Part shown: positions 1-9,547 of the stretch, piece by piece
Layout of the letters: every line of letters starts with the position of its first letter
How positions within the stretch are numbered: position 1 is the first letter of the stretch
DNA from: an uncultured Oscillospiraceae bacterium
GTDB lineage: Bacteria; Bacillota; Clostridia; Oscillospirales; Oscillospiraceae
DNA: 64,000 nucleotides
Direction of reading: 5' to 3'
Assembly: GCA_934591895.1 (NCBI GenBank)
Contig: CAKTPP010000004.1
Location: forward strand, 81,582 to 145,581
Notes under the pieces: model-generated
What the model was told of the DNA's origin: nothing
Seen by the model: the letters and a program-made list of their open reading frames with translations, nothing else
Database searches by the model: none
Translations under genes and position numbers: made by a program

Positions 1-2
1 TG

Positions 3-95
3 CGCAACTGCGTCAACCAGTACATGGCCGTCGTCCTGAATGAGAAGCCGCTCGACCCGACGCTCGTTGAGTTCGACGACTCCGCGGCGTACTAA
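3..95 (+). CDS. 3' end of an unidentified protein gene (starts before the window)
   Basis: Open frame from the window edge ending ...LVEFDDSAAY* with TAA at 93-95. GC3-rich codon usage matches neighbours. No family recognised. Confidence 0.4.
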   Translation, partial: RNCVNQYMAVVLNEKPLDPTLVEFDDSAAY

Positions 96-113
96 GAAAG
101 GCAGGTACCGACT

Positions 114-293
114 ATGAATATGAAACTCGCTGCAAAAATCATGGGCAAGGTCGGCCTTGTCGGCTTTATCGGCTTCGTTGCGACCTTCACGATCTATATG
201 TTCAATCTGGAAAACAAGCTCATCTACTATGTGCTGCGTCCCTTCCTGACCAAGCACTATGATTCTCAGGTGCGCGATAAGCGCATCGTCTGA
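114..293 (+). CDS. small hydrophobic protein, 59 aa, unknown function
   Basis: ATG at 114 preceded by GAAAGG. Translation is MNMKLAAKIMGKVGLVGFIGFVATFTIYMF..., with one predicted TM segment. Followed by the terminator at 326-351. Below the 60-aa cutoff of the ORF track. Confidence 0.5.
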   Translation: MNMKLAAKIMGKVGLVGFIGFVATFTIYMFNLENKLIYYVLRPFLTKHYDSQVRDKRIV

Positions 294-325
294 GGATTCC
301 GCAGAGCAACCCACAAATCAGCAAA

Positions 326-351
326 CCCCGCTGCTTCGGCAGCGGGGTTTT
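326..351 (+). terminator. intrinsic terminator
   Basis: Stem CCCCGCTGC, loop ttcg, stem GCAGCGGGG, followed by TTTT. Confidence 0.7.
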
Positions 352-354
352 GTG

Positions 355-542
355 ACAGTCAAAAAAGTATTACTTTTTTGACAAAGGGGTTTGCGGCCTG
401 ACTGCATCGCACGCGCCGTCCGCCGTTGGCGGACGGCGCGCACGTTTGCAGGCCGAGCGGTATTTTCTTCGCCGCACATGTCGCCGAAGAAAATAATTGG
501 GTCTTTTTGCGCCTGCGGGCGCAAACTCTACGAGGTTTTGTG
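355..542 (+). repeat. hairpin-rich intergenic repeat, copy A (full length)
   Basis: Contains four hairpins: GTCAAAAAAGTAtTACTTTTTTGAC (358-382), a 13-bp GC stem (412-440), TTTTCTTCG..CGAAGAAAA (463-493) and TTTGCGCC..GGCGCAAA (506-525). Aligns end to end with the reverse complement of 32938-33128. Confidence 0.75.
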
Positions 543-585
543 CCGTTATGGGGCTTTGTGATGCTTGAACCATACCGCAGGGCGC

Positions 586-615
586 GAAAAAGCCCGCGTG
601 CAGTGCACGCGGGCT
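586..615 (-). terminator. intrinsic terminator of rpmE
   Basis: On the minus strand: AGCCCGCGTG..CACGCGGGCT stem followed by TTTTT. Confidence 0.7.
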
Positions 616-641
616 GATTTCGCAGGAACGCAGATCCGATC

Positions 642-848
642 TTACTTGATGCCGTACTTCTTGTTGAACTTATCAACGCGGCCGCTGGTGTCAACGAGCT
701 TCTGCTTGCCGGTGTAGAACGGGTGGCACTTGGAGCAGATCTCGATGGAGATGTTCTGCTTCGTGGAGCGGGTCTCATACACGGCGCCGCAGGCGCAGCG
801 GATCGTGGTCGGCTGGTAATTCGGATGGATACCGTCTTTCATAGTCAT
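642..848 (-). CDS. rpmE: 50S ribosomal protein L31
   Basis: 68 aa. MKDGIHPNY... with the CxCG...[10 protein letters not shown] zinc-ribbon signature typical of L31. Confidence 0.95.
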   Translation of the reverse strand: MTMKDGIHPNYQPTTIRCACGAVYETRSTKQNISIEICSKCHPFYTGKQKLVDTSGRVDKFNKKYGIK

Positions 849-953
849 TCACCTCATAATAAGCTGTCTTGAGCACGGGCTGGTCCATGGTTACAAGACG
901 CAGACTGAATTGTAGCATGCCGGTGACAAAAAAGCAAGCGTTTTTGCGCTTTT

Positions 954-3900
954 TTATGCGTCCGTCTCCGGAACGTCGGCGCTGCAGCCGCAGTGCAGGA
1001 AATACAGCGTCCTCCGGCAGACCGGCCGGCCGGTGATGCGCGCCATCGCCCCGGCATACGCGCGCAGCTGTGCGGCATAGTACGCCGTGCGCTCCGGCAC
1101 AGCATCGGGGTGGATGCGGTCGGTCTTGTAGTCCACGATGACAAGGCCGTCCTCTGTTTCGAACCACGCGTCCACCACGCCCTGCAGCAGCACCTGCTCC
1201 TCACCCGCGCCGGGGAAGAAGGTCTCTGCCGGACACAGGAGCGAGAAGCGGAATTCCCGCCGCAGTGTGCCCGCGGCCTCCGCCGCCGCGAGCGCCGCGC
1301 CGAGCGGTGTGCGCATCAGCTGCAGGAGCGAGGCCGTGTTTACCGCCTGCGCTTCGCGCGCCGTCAGCTGTCCGCGCGCGGCGAGGGCCTGCACCTGCGC
1401 GGCGATGCCCTCGGGTGTGCGCGCGTCGGCAAAGCGCAGATATTGCAGCGTGCGGTGCGTGGCCGTGCCGCGCTCGGCCGCGGTGAGCCTGCGCTCACGC
1501 GCCGAGAAATCCGGCCGGCGAAAGACCTGCGTGCGCGGCGCGCCCTTGAGCAGCGGCGTACCGGCGTCCTCGGGCGGCGCGGTCTCCGGCTCGAGGCGCT
1601 TGAGCTCTGTCGCCGTCACCTTGGACGGCAGCCCGGTCGCCCGCTCGTGCGCATAGCGGAACGAGAGCGTGCGCGCAAGCTGTGCCAGCAGGGCGGGATC
1701 CGGCTCCGGCGGCGTGGGTTCGGCCTCTGTCTCCGTGCTTCCGGCCGCGGCGTCCGCCTGCAGACGGACGTAGTTCCGGCGCAGGAAGCGCTCGTCCCGG
1801 TCGAGCAGTGCGCTCTGCAGCAGCCAGAGAAACGGGCTGCCCATGCCGCGCAGCACCTCCGGCGCGAGCGGCGCGGCGGCTGTCGCGGCCAGCGTGCTGA
1901 CGGTCTTATCGATGTCGCGCGTCGTGCCCGTGATGATCATGCGCTCCTTCGCGCGCGTCATGGCCACGTACAGCAGGCGCATCTCCTCCGAGAGCGTCTC
2001 GGTCAACAGCTGCGCTGCGATGGCCTGCCGCGCGACCGTCGGATACTCCACGCCGTTTGCCTGATCCGTGCACTTCGGCCCGAGACCGAGCACCGGATGC
2101 ACGAGCACGCTCTCGCGTGCGTCGGATTTGTTGAACAGGCGCGCCGTGTCGCACAAAAACACGAACGGGAACTCCAGCCCCTTGGATTTGTGGATGCTCA
2201 GGATGCGCACGCTGCGGCTCTCCTCGGCGGGGACGGCGGGCGCCTCGCCCTCGTCCTCCTGCCGCTGCATCCAGAGCAGGAAGCGGTGCAGTCCGCGCGC
2301 GCCGGTGCTCTCAAACTGCTGCGCGAGATCGAGCAGCAGCAGCACGTTGCGCCGCCGCAGCTCGCCGTCCGGCATTGCGCTCGTGAGCGCCATGATCGCG
2401 CACTCGTCGACGATGTGCCACAGGAATTCTCCCAGCGGCAGCTCGATCGACAGCGCACGGCAGCGCGCGAGCAGGTCGAGAAAGTCCCGGCAGTCGCCGC
2501 GCGTCTCGGCGGCGAGCGTGACGGCGGTGTAAAAGTCATGCTCACGGTCGCACGTGCGCACGGCGGCCAGATCGTCCGCCGTCAGGCCGAACAGCGGCGA
2601 GCGCAGCACCGCGATCAGCGGCACGTCCTGATGCGGGTTGTCGATCACCGCCAGCAGCGAGCGCAGCACCGACACCTCCTCGGAGGTGTAAAAGCCGCCG
2701 CTCGTTTCTGCCGACACGGGGATGCCCTGCGCCGTGAGCGCCGCGCGGTATACCGGACCGATGCTGTTGGCGCTGCGCAGCAGAATGGCCACATCGCCGT
2801 AGTGCGCAGGGCGCGCAGCGCCGTTTTCCCACACGGATGCGCCGCCGTCGATGAGCGCCCGGATGCGCTGTGCGACATAGTCCGCCTCCAGCGCGGACTT
2901 TTCCGGCGTCGGCGCGTCGTCGTCCGCGTCCGGCAGCTCGAGCACGGCGAGCTCCGGCCGCTCGCCGTCGTCGGGATAGCTCGCTCCGGCGCGCAGGCGC
3001 GCCGCGTCGTCATAGTCGAGCTCGCCGAGCGCGCGCGACATGATGTTGGAAAAGACGTGGTTCGCGCCGGCCAGCACCGCACGCCGCGAACGGAAATTCT
3101 CCCGCAGGAGGATGCGCCGCGGCTGACCGGGCGCGGCCTCGCGGAAATCTGCAAAGCGCGCGTATTTGTCGAGGAAGATCGTCGGATCGGCGAGACGGAA
3201 GCGGTAGATCGACTGCTTGACGTCGCCGACGAAAAAGAGGTTATTGCCGCCGCGCGACACGGCGCGGAAGATGAGATCCTGCACCTCCGACACGTCCTGA
3301 TATTCGTCGACCATGATCTCCGTGTAGCGCCCCGAGAGCTGGCGCGCAAGCTCCGTCGGCGCGCCGTCCTCGTCCGTGAGCAGCTGCGCCGTCATGTGCT
3401 CGAGATCGGAGAAGTCCACGAGGCTGCGCCGCCGCTTTTCGGCGGCATAGGCCGCGCCGAAGTCGAGCGTCAGCGCCAGCAGCGCCTGCATGGCGGGCGC
3501 GGTCGCGTGCAGATCGGCCAACGCCTGTGCCGAGTCCGTGGTCATCTGCTTTTGCAGCGTCTGCACGGCTTTTTTCGCCGCGTCACGCTGCGCCTTGACG
3601 TGCTCGCGCGTGTCCGGGTCGGGCACGTTGCGCGCGATGCCGAGACGCGGGAACGGCACGCTCTGCAGCGCCGCGATCGCCTCGTCCCAGCTCCGGTCAC
3701 AGGCATCCGCGAGCGTGTGCAGACCGTCGACCGTGGCCGAGATGCTGCCGCCGTAGATGCCCATGAGCCATTCCATACCCGCGTCCGCCATGACTTCGAG
3801 CTGCGCCTCAAGTACGCCGCACCAGTGCGCCGCGCTCTCATGCACGCGCGCCAGCAGCGCCTGACCCCACGGGGTGCTGCCGACGTCGGTCACGCCGTTG

Positions 3901-4511
3901 AGCGCGAGCAGCTCTACCTGCCGCTGCGCCCACAGCTCGGGGCGCGCGTGGCACTGCATCTTGTCGTAGAGCGAGAGCACGAGCGCGCTCAGGCGCGCGT
4001 CGTCGCGCCCGCCGCCGACGGTGTCGGCCAGCAGCCGAAAGCCGGCGTCGGCATCCATGCGGGCATAGGCGCGCTCGAGCGTGTGCTCCAGCGCCGTTGT
4101 GCGCAGGGCGACGCAGCGCTCGGTATCGGCGATCTGAAAGTCCGGCGCGAGCGCGAGCGCGGCGCAGTTGGCGCGCAGGAAGTCGGCGCAGAAGCTGTGG
4201 ATCGTGCCGATCTCGGCGTGGGCGCACAGCGCGACCTGCCGCCGCAGGCTGCGGTTTTCGGGGTCGGAGGCAATGCGCGCATAGATCCCGTCGAGGATGC
4301 GGCTGCGCAGCTCGGCCGCGGCCGCGCGCGTGTAGGTGATGACGAGGAAGCGGTCGATGTCGACCGGATCTTCCGCGTCCGTGAGGTAGGCCATGAGCCG
4401 CTCGGTGAGCACGCGGGTCTTGCCGCTGCCCGCCGCCGCAGACACGAGCACGGTGCTGCCGCGTGTGTCGATTGCAGCGCGCTGTTCGGGTGTGAAGTTC
4501 AGTTCAGCCAT
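954..4511 (-). CDS. addA: ATP-dependent helicase/nuclease subunit A (UvrD-like helicase plus C-terminal nuclease)
   Basis: 1185 aa. Walker A AAGSGKT near the N-terminus and UvrD/Rep helicase motifs. The C-terminal VDYKTD PD-(D/E)XK-like motif is present. Overlaps the end of addB by 8 nt. GGAGG RBS. Confidence 0.9.
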   Translation of the reverse strand: MAELNFTPEQRAAIDTRGSTVLVSAAAGSGKTRVLTERLMAYLTDAEDPVDIDRFLVITYTRAAAAELRSRILDGIYARIASDPENRSLRRQVALCAHAEIGTIHSFCADFLRANCAALALAPDFQIADTERCVALRTTALEHTLERAYARMDADAGFRLLADTVGGGRDDARLSALVLSLYDKMQCHARPELWAQRQVELLALNGVTDVGSTPWGQALLARVHESAAHWCGVLEAQLEVMADAGMEWLMGIYGGSISATVDGLHTLADACDRSWDEAIAALQSVPFPRLGIARNVPDPDTREHVKAQRDAAKKAVQTLQKQMTTDSAQALADLHATAPAMQALLALTLDFGAAYAAEKRRRSLVDFSDLEHMTAQLLTDEDGAPTELARQLSGRYTEIMVDEYQDVSEVQDLIFRAVSRGGNNLFFVGDVKQSIYRFRLADPTIFLDKYARFADFREAAPGQPRRILLRENFRSRRAVLAGANHVFSNIMSRALGELDYDDAARLRAGASYPDDGERPELAVLELPDADDDAPTPEKSALEADYVAQRIRALIDGGASVWENGAARPAHYGDVAILLRSANSIGPVYRAALTAQGIPVSAETSGGFYTSEEVSVLRSLLAVIDNPHQDVPLIAVLRSPLFGLTADDLAAVRTCDREHDFYTAVTLAAETRGDCRDFLDLLARCRALSIELPLGEFLWHIVDECAIMALTSAMPDGELRRRNVLLLLDLAQQFESTGARGLHRFLLWMQRQEDEGEAPAVPAEESRSVRILSIHKSKGLEFPFVFLCDTARLFNKSDARESVLVHPVLGLGPKCTDQANGVEYPTVARQAIAAQLLTETLSEEMRLLYVAMTRAKERMIITGTTRDIDKTVSTLAATAAAPLAPEVLRGMGSPFLWLLQSALLDRDERFLRRNYVRLQADAAAGSTETEAEPTPPEPDPALLAQLARTLSFRYAHERATGLPSKVTATELKRLEPETAPPEDAGTPLLKGAPRTQVFRRPDFSARERRLTAAERGTATHRTLQYLRFADARTPEGIAAQVQALAARGQLTAREAQAVNTASLLQLMRTPLGAALAAAEAAGTLRREFRFSLLCPAETFFPGAGEEQVLLQGVVDAWFETEDGLVIVDYKTDRIHPDAVPERTAYYAAQLRAYAGAMARITGRPVCRRTLYFLHCGCSADVPETDA

Positions 4512-7500
4512 GCATCTCGCCTCCTTTCAGGCTGCTCCAGATCTTGTCGGCGGGGAGCTTTGTCAGCACGCGGTGGCAGTCGCCGTCCGCGCCGGGCGTA
4601 AAGTGGCAGACGCTCAGATAGTCGCAGTGCGTGCAGGCGGTGTCCTGCCCGGAGCGGAAATAGGGATCCGCCGTGATGCTGCCGCCGCGCAGCTCATGCG
4701 CCAGATCGAGCAGCGTCGTCTCAATGTGCCGTGCAAGCAGACCGAGCTGCTCCGCGCTGGCAAGGGCGTCCGCCCTGCGCCGGGACGAGAGGGGCAGGTA
4801 CTGCGGCGTGTCACTGTGCTCCATCGCGTGCAGCACGGCGTCGTCGTCGAGCAGCAGACCGGAGCGGCGCACGGCGCCGGCGCGCTCTCTGGCCGCCTCC
4901 TCCGGCGAGAGCCGGCGGTCGGCCGGGATGAGCACATCGCGCGCCGGGACATAGAGCACGCCGGCCGGCACGATCTCATGGCCGTAGCGCTCCTGCCCCG
5001 AGCGCTCGAGCGCGAACAGGTACAGCAGCATCTGCAGCCCCATGCCGTACCACACGTCCGAGAGCGAGAACGCCTTGCGTCCGGTCTTGTAGTCGACCAC
5101 GCGCAGGTAGAGCTTGCCGTCGTGCAGCCAGCCGTCCACGCGGTCGGCCACGCCGCTCATGTTGAGCGTCACCTCGCCGTCCGAGAGCGTGATCGGCGCG
5201 ATCTGCTCGGGGTCGGCGAAGTTGAGCTCGAAATCGAGCGGCACGAAATCGCCCGCGCGCAGCTCGTGCGCCATGTCGGCCACCACCTGCCGCACCTGCC
5301 TGCACAGGCGGCGGAAGAGGTAGACGAAGCGTGCGGATTTTTCCTGAAAATCGTTGAGCTCGTCGTGGATGTAGCGCTGCGTCCAATGGTCGGTGAAGCG
5401 CCCGAGCTCCTCGTCGGTCACGACGGCGAAGCCGCCGGCGGCCGTCGCGTCCTGCGCCGTGTGCTGCAGGACATAGTGGAAGAACGTGCCGATCTCCGGC
5501 GGGCTGAACGCCGCCGGGCGGCGGGGCTTGGCCTTGAGCCCGTATTGCAGGAAATAGGCATAGCGGCAGGCACTGAAGCGCTCGGCCTTCGACGCCGAGA
5601 GGTACAGCCGCTGGCCGTAGAGCGCGCGCACGCGCTCGGGCGAGAGCCGGCCGCGTGCGGTGTGCGCCGCGCGTGTGAGCGCCGCGAGCGCAGCGGGGTC
5701 GTGCTGCCGGAACCATGCGCGCGCAGCGGCAGCTCTGGCGTCCGTCGCGCCGCGCAGCGTGCGCGCGGCCAGCTCCAGCGCCGGTGCGGGGGCGAGCAGC
5801 CGCTGCGCATCGGGGTCGACGGGCTGCGGCAGCGTACCGAACAGCTGCCCGATGCGCGTGACGAGGAACGCCGCGCGCGTGGGCGTGCCGCTGCCGTCAA
5901 AGAGCGGGTAGGTCACCGTGAGCGTCTCGGACGGGAGCGTCACGCACTGGTAGACAAGGTTGTATTCGCGCCAGAGCGCGTCGTCCGTGCCGCCGCCGAT
6001 GTCGAGCTCCAGCTCCAGCAGCTCGCGCCGTTCCTCGGGCGAGAACACGCCGTCCGGCTCGCCGGCGCGCGGCAGCCGGTCGTCCGACGCGCCGAGCACG
6101 ATCAGGTGCCGGATGCCGCGCCGGCGCATCCGGTCAAGGTCGCCGGCGGTCACGCGGTCGAGCGCGACGGGGATCGTGCCGATGTCGTAGCACGAGAGCA
6201 TACGCAAAAACAGCGTCGCAAACGTGTCGGCGTCCATCTGTGTGTCGCCGAGGATGGCGGCAAACTGCTCGAGCGCGCCGACCGTCAGCTCCCAGAGCTG
6301 CGCATATTCGGCCGCGAGCGCGCCGCGCCCATCACGGCGCAGATCCTCGGCGAGCGTGTCGAGCCGCTGCGCCAGATGCAGCCGCTCGAGAAAATCCGCC
6401 AGCGCCATGGCCTGCGCCTGTGCGGTGGCGGCGGCGTGGCTCTGCGCGCTGAGCCGCCGCAGCGGGTCTGCTGCCCGCTGCCGCAGATCATTGATCCCCG
6501 CAAGGCGGGCGGCGGCCTCGTCCGTGTCCGGTGCGCCGTAGCCGTCGGGGTGCTGCCGCCACGGCTCGGGGCGCGTCCATGCTCCGCCGCGCAGCGACCA
6601 GAGCAGGACATAGTTTTCGAGCGTGTCCGTCTCCTCGGGCGTGAGCCCGGCGAGCCCCGTGCGCAGGTAGGCCGAGACGTCCTCGGCGTCCCAGCCGCCG
6701 GTCACGATGTCGTAGGCGGAGCGGATGAGCGCCACGAGCGGCTTTTGCAGCAGGTCGGTGCGGCGGGCAAAATAGAGCGGCACGCCGTAGTAGGCACACA
6801 TACGCTCGAGCGCGGGCGCGTAGTCGGAAAAGCCGCGCGCGGCGATGGCGATGTCGCGCCAGCGGCAGCCGGACTGCACGAGCTGAAGTGCGTGCGCCGC
6901 TGCCCACGCGCACTCGGCCGTGAGATCGTCCGCCGTGCGCACGCTGATCGTGTGCGCAGGGTCGTCAAAGTGCGCGGAGGTGTAGGAAAACAGCTGCTGC
7001 TCGAGCACGCGCAGCGGCGTGTCGGCGGCACGGGCGGGGCAGGCCTCGGCGGTGCCGGGCACGCCGCAGTCGTCCGCCATGTCCAGCAGCACGCGCGCCG
7101 TGTGCCGCGCCGTGCCGAAGATCTCGTTGCCGTCCGTGAGCGCGTCGAGCGTGAGGCAGACCGTCACATCCGCGCCCGCCGTCAGCAGCGCGCGCACGAC
7201 GGCCAGCTCCTGCCGCGTGTAGTCGGTGAAGCCGTCGAGATAAAACTGCCCCGTGCGTCCGAGTGTGCTCCCGGGGATGCGCTCGGCCAGCCGCGTCAGG
7301 CGGTCGGTGGGGTCTGCGTGCCCCTGCGCGGTCACGGCGTCATACGCTGCGAGCACGAGCGCGAGATCGCGCAGCTTGTCGCCCAGATAGCCGGGGCAGC
7401 GCGCGGCGGTCTGCTCGAGCGCATCGGGCGTGACGCACGCGGTCTTGAGCTCGTCGACCGCGCCGAGCAGCGTCTGCTGCATCTGCGCCCGGCGGGCAGC

Positions 7501-7827
7501 TGCGCCGAACAGCCGCAGCCGCGGCGCGACCTGATCGAGCGCCAGCGCCATGCACAGCAGCCGCCCGCCCTGATCGAGCAGCGGCGCATCGCCCGCGCCG
7601 GTCTCCGCCGCGACGCGGCGCGCCAGTCCCGTGAAGCTCAGCACCTCGGCGTACAGGCTCAGGCTGTCGCCGCAGGCGGCGCACAGTGCGCGCTCGGCCT
7701 CGTGGCTGTATTGCTCCGGCACGAGCAGCACCTGCCCCGGTGTGCGCGCCGCGACGGCTGCGCGGATGCGCCCCATGAGCAGATCGGTCTTGCCGCTGGC
7801 GGCAGGACCATAGAGCAGATGCAGCAT
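4504..7827 (-). CDS. addB: ATP-dependent helicase/nuclease subunit B
   Basis: 1107 aa. N-terminal GPAASGKT P-loop. C-terminal nuclease domain with VDYKTG and cysteines (C..CTHCDYLSVC) typical of the AddB Fe-S cluster. GGAGG RBS. Lies immediately upstream of addA. Confidence 0.9.
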   Translation of the reverse strand: MLHLLYGPAASGKTDLLMGRIRAAVAARTPGQVLLVPEQYSHEAERALCAACGDSLSLYAEVLSFTGLARRVAAETGAGDAPLLDQGGRLLCMALALDQVAPRLRLFGAAARRAQMQQTLLGAVDELKTACVTPDALEQTAARCPGYLGDKLRDLALVLAAYDAVTAQGHADPTDRLTRLAERIPGSTLGRTGQFYLDGFTDYTRQELAVVRALLTAGADVTVCLTLDALTDGNEIFGTARHTARVLLDMADDCGVPGTAEACPARAADTPLRVLEQQLFSYTSAHFDDPAHTISVRTADDLTAECAWAAAHALQLVQSGCRWRDIAIAARGFSDYAPALERMCAYYGVPLYFARRTDLLQKPLVALIRSAYDIVTGGWDAEDVSAYLRTGLAGLTPEETDTLENYVLLWSLRGGAWTRPEPWRQHPDGYGAPDTDEAAARLAGINDLRQRAADPLRRLSAQSHAAATAQAQAMALADFLERLHLAQRLDTLAEDLRRDGRGALAAEYAQLWELTVGALEQFAAILGDTQMDADTFATLFLRMLSCYDIGTIPVALDRVTAGDLDRMRRRGIRHLIVLGASDDRLPRAGEPDGVFSPEERRELLELELDIGGGTDDALWREYNLVYQCVTLPSETLTVTYPLFDGSGTPTRAAFLVTRIGQLFGTLPQPVDPDAQRLLAPAPALELAARTLRGATDARAAAARAWFRQHDPAALAALTRAAHTARGRLSPERVRALYGQRLYLSASKAERFSACRYAYFLQYGLKAKPRRPAAFSPPEIGTFFHYVLQHTAQDATAAGGFAVVTDEELGRFTDHWTQRYIHDELNDFQEKSARFVYLFRRLCRQVRQVVADMAHELRAGDFVPLDFELNFADPEQIAPITLSDGEVTLNMSGVADRVDGWLHDGKLYLRVVDYKTGRKAFSLSDVWYGMGLQMLLYLFALERSGQERYGHEIVPAGVLYVPARDVLIPADRRLSPEEAARERAGAVRRSGLLLDDDAVLHAMEHSDTPQYLPLSSRRRADALASAEQLGLLARHIETTLLDLAHELRGGSITADPYFRSGQDTACTHCDYLSVCHFTPGADGDCHRVLTKLPADKIWSSLKGGEMHG

Positions 7828-7906
7828 AACATTGCCTCCTTGCGGTGTTTTCTAAAGTGTAGCATATTTGGTGTCCCGATAAAAGGACAGTGCCCGGCGG
7901 TGCGGC

Positions 7907-9247
7907 TCACCACACCTGCCAGCGCAGGGCGAACGCGGCGAGATAGCCGAGCGCGGCGAGCGCGCTCAGAGCGGTGAGGGCGATGTTTGCGGCGCGCTTT
8001 TGCGCCCACTGTGCCAGCGCCAGCGGCACGGGCAGCAGCACGAGCAGGTAGCGCGGCGCGCTCAGCAGCCATGTCGCGCCGACGGCGACGATGTAATACG
8101 CGAGAAACCACGCCGTCTGGCTTGCGCGCAGCCGCGGCGCGGCCTTTGCCAGCAGAATGAGAGCGGAAAAGCACGCGATGAGGTTCGGCAGCCAGAGGCC
8201 GAGCGCGTCGCGCCAGTTTCCGCTGCGCAGGTAGCGCAGCAGGTAGTCCGTCTGATATGCGGCGGTGCTGAAAAACAGCCCCGTGCGCTGGTTCCAGTGC
8301 TCGCGCTGGTAGATGAGAAACTGAAACGGGTTTCCCGACACGTGCCGGTTGATGCAGCAATACGCCGCGAAGCCCAGCGGCACGAGCAGCAGCCCGGCGG
8401 CCTGCCGGACGCTGACACGGCGGCACTGCACGGCGTCGTGCACCAGCTCCCACAGCAGCGGCACGATCAGCAGCAGCCCGAGTGAGCGCGTGAACGCGGC
8501 ATATGCCCCGCACAGCCCGCCGAGCACGGGTCTGTGCGTGCGCGCGAGATAGAGCGCCGCCGCCGTCAGCAGCAGAAACAGGCTCTCGCTCATGGGTGCG
8601 GCGAAGAAAAAGCTGCCCGGTGCGAGCACGAGAAACCGCAGCGCGCGCAGCGCCTGCCGGTGCGGCAGGTCGAGCCGCAGCAGCCGGTAGACCACGTACC
8701 CCGCGCCCGCAAAGCACACGGCCGATGTCAGCAGCCCCGCGCAGATGTCCGACGGGACGAGCAGCATCACCGCGCGCACCGCAAGCGGGTAGCCCGGCAG
8801 AAACACGAGCTGCACGACGCGGTCGCGCTCGCCGGCGGCGATGTAGCCGTCACGCGCGATGTCGAGGTAGTGGCGGCTGTCGAGGCAGCGCCAGAATTCG
8901 AGCGCCTGCGTGAGCGTCTCCGCCCGTCCGGCGAGGGCGCGGACGCCCCATGTGAGCAGCAGCAGCGCAAGGTCGAGCGCGAGCAGCGCGGCAAAAATGC
9001 GCGCGGCCATGTGCGCCGGCTCCTGCGCCGGGACGGTGGGCGGCGCTGCCTCCCGCTGCCAGAAGCGCACCCACGCGGGCACGAACCGCAGCCCTGCGGC
9101 GGCAAACAGCGCTGCGCTGCACCCGGCGGCGATGCCGCCCGCGGCAGTGAGGTCGGGCGTGTGTACGCACCAGAGGACAAACAGCGCCGCGACTGCGGCG
9201 AGTCCCAGCGCATCGAGCGCGGCGACGGCGCGGGTTTTCGGCTGCAT
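7907..9247 (-). CDS. polytopic membrane protein, GT-C-like glycosyltransferase candidate (PIG-V/mannosyltransferase-like)
   Basis: Start moved to the internal ATG at 9247 (MQPKTRAV...), which has an AGGAGG RBS. The upstream part of the 526-aa ORF is Arg-rich junk. Many TM helices. The family call is tentative. Confidence 0.55.
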   Translation of the reverse strand: MQPKTRAVAALDALGLAAVAALFVLWCVHTPDLTAAGGIAAGCSAALFAAAGLRFVPAWVRFWQREAAPPTVPAQEPAHMAARIFAALLALDLALLLLTWGVRALAGRAETLTQALEFWRCLDSRHYLDIARDGYIAAGERDRVVQLVFLPGYPLAVRAVMLLVPSDICAGLLTSAVCFAGAGYVVYRLLRLDLPHRQALRALRFLVLAPGSFFFAAPMSESLFLLLTAAALYLARTHRPVLGGLCGAYAAFTRSLGLLLIVPLLWELVHDAVQCRRVSVRQAAGLLLVPLGFAAYCCINRHVSGNPFQFLIYQREHWNQRTGLFFSTAAYQTDYLLRYLRSGNWRDALGLWLPNLIACFSALILLAKAAPRLRASQTAWFLAYYIVAVGATWLLSAPRYLLVLLPVPLALAQWAQKRAANIALTALSALAALGYLAAFALRWQVW

Positions 9248-9318
9248 GGCGGCACCTCCTGTGTGGATCGGATGATGATAAATTGTAGCACGTGCGGCGG
9301 GAAAAGACAACGACGCGG

Positions 9319-9462
9319 TCATTTCACCGCGCCGTCGTCTTGCTCTGTGTCCTGAAGATGTTTTTCCTCGCAGGCTTGCTGCGCACGGATCAGCACCTCG
9401 ATCGCCGTTTCCGTTGCGCGAAACAGCATCCGGTACAGCTCCTGATCGTCCGGCATGGACAT
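9319..9462 (-). CDS. possible 47-aa acidic micro-protein divergent from the XRE regulator
   Basis: ATG at 9462 with a GAGAGGTG RBS. Translation is MSMPDDQELYRMLFRATETAIEVLIRAQQACEEKHLQDTEQDDGAVK*. Not in the ORF track (under 60 aa). Codon usage resembles that of the neighbours. Confidence 0.4.
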   Translation of the reverse strand: MSMPDDQELYRMLFRATETAIEVLIRAQQACEEKHLQDTEQDDGAVK

Positions 9463-9480
9463 CACCTCTCAATTCAGAAT

Positions 9481-9520
9481 AGAACAAAATGGTCTAAATG
9501 TAAATAGAACAGTTTGTTCT
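9481..9520. promoter_or_regulatory. two inverted-repeat operator candidates between divergent genes
   Basis: AGAACAaaaTGGTCT (9481-9495) and the perfect AGAACAgttTGTTCT (9506-9520), just upstream of a TATACT -10-like hexamer at 9525-9530. Confidence 0.45.
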
Positions 9521-9547
9521 TTCTTATACTGTTTCCGGTGATGCAAA

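Noticed and set aside
318-524. Recurrent peptide-like string (..FFGDMCGEENT.RPANVRAV..) in small ORFs at 318-524, 22101-22337, 32767-33393, 40425-41270 and 58557-59132
   Set aside because: These ORFs merely read through the intergenic repeat. The substitutions between copies are paired across hairpin arms (structure-preserving) rather than synonymous. Start and stop positions are not conserved, and there are no RBSs.
993-7977. Very long plus-strand ORFs (993-4601, 1202 aa; 4393-7977, 1194 aa) opposite addA and addB
   Set aside because: They are antisense shadows of real minus-strand genes in high-GC DNA. Translations are Arg/Ala/Gly/Pro-rich low complexity without motifs and no RBS is present. 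The opposite strand carries clear AddA and AddB signatures.
7907-9487. Upstream extensions of several track ORFs. Examples are 7907-9487, 13076-14089, 21127-21732, 25734-27605, 45697-46878 and 53190-54290.
   Set aside because: The extra N-terminal residues are Arg/Pro-rich and lack an RBS. In each case an internal ATG with a GGAGG-type RBS begins the recognisable protein, so those starts were used instead.
9481-9520. LexA (Cheo-box) SOS operators
   Set aside because: The GAAC..GTTC half-sites are separated by 5 nt rather than the 4 nt of CGAAC-N4-GTTCG. The site sits at the promoter of an XRE regulator, so an autoregulatory operator is the simpler call.
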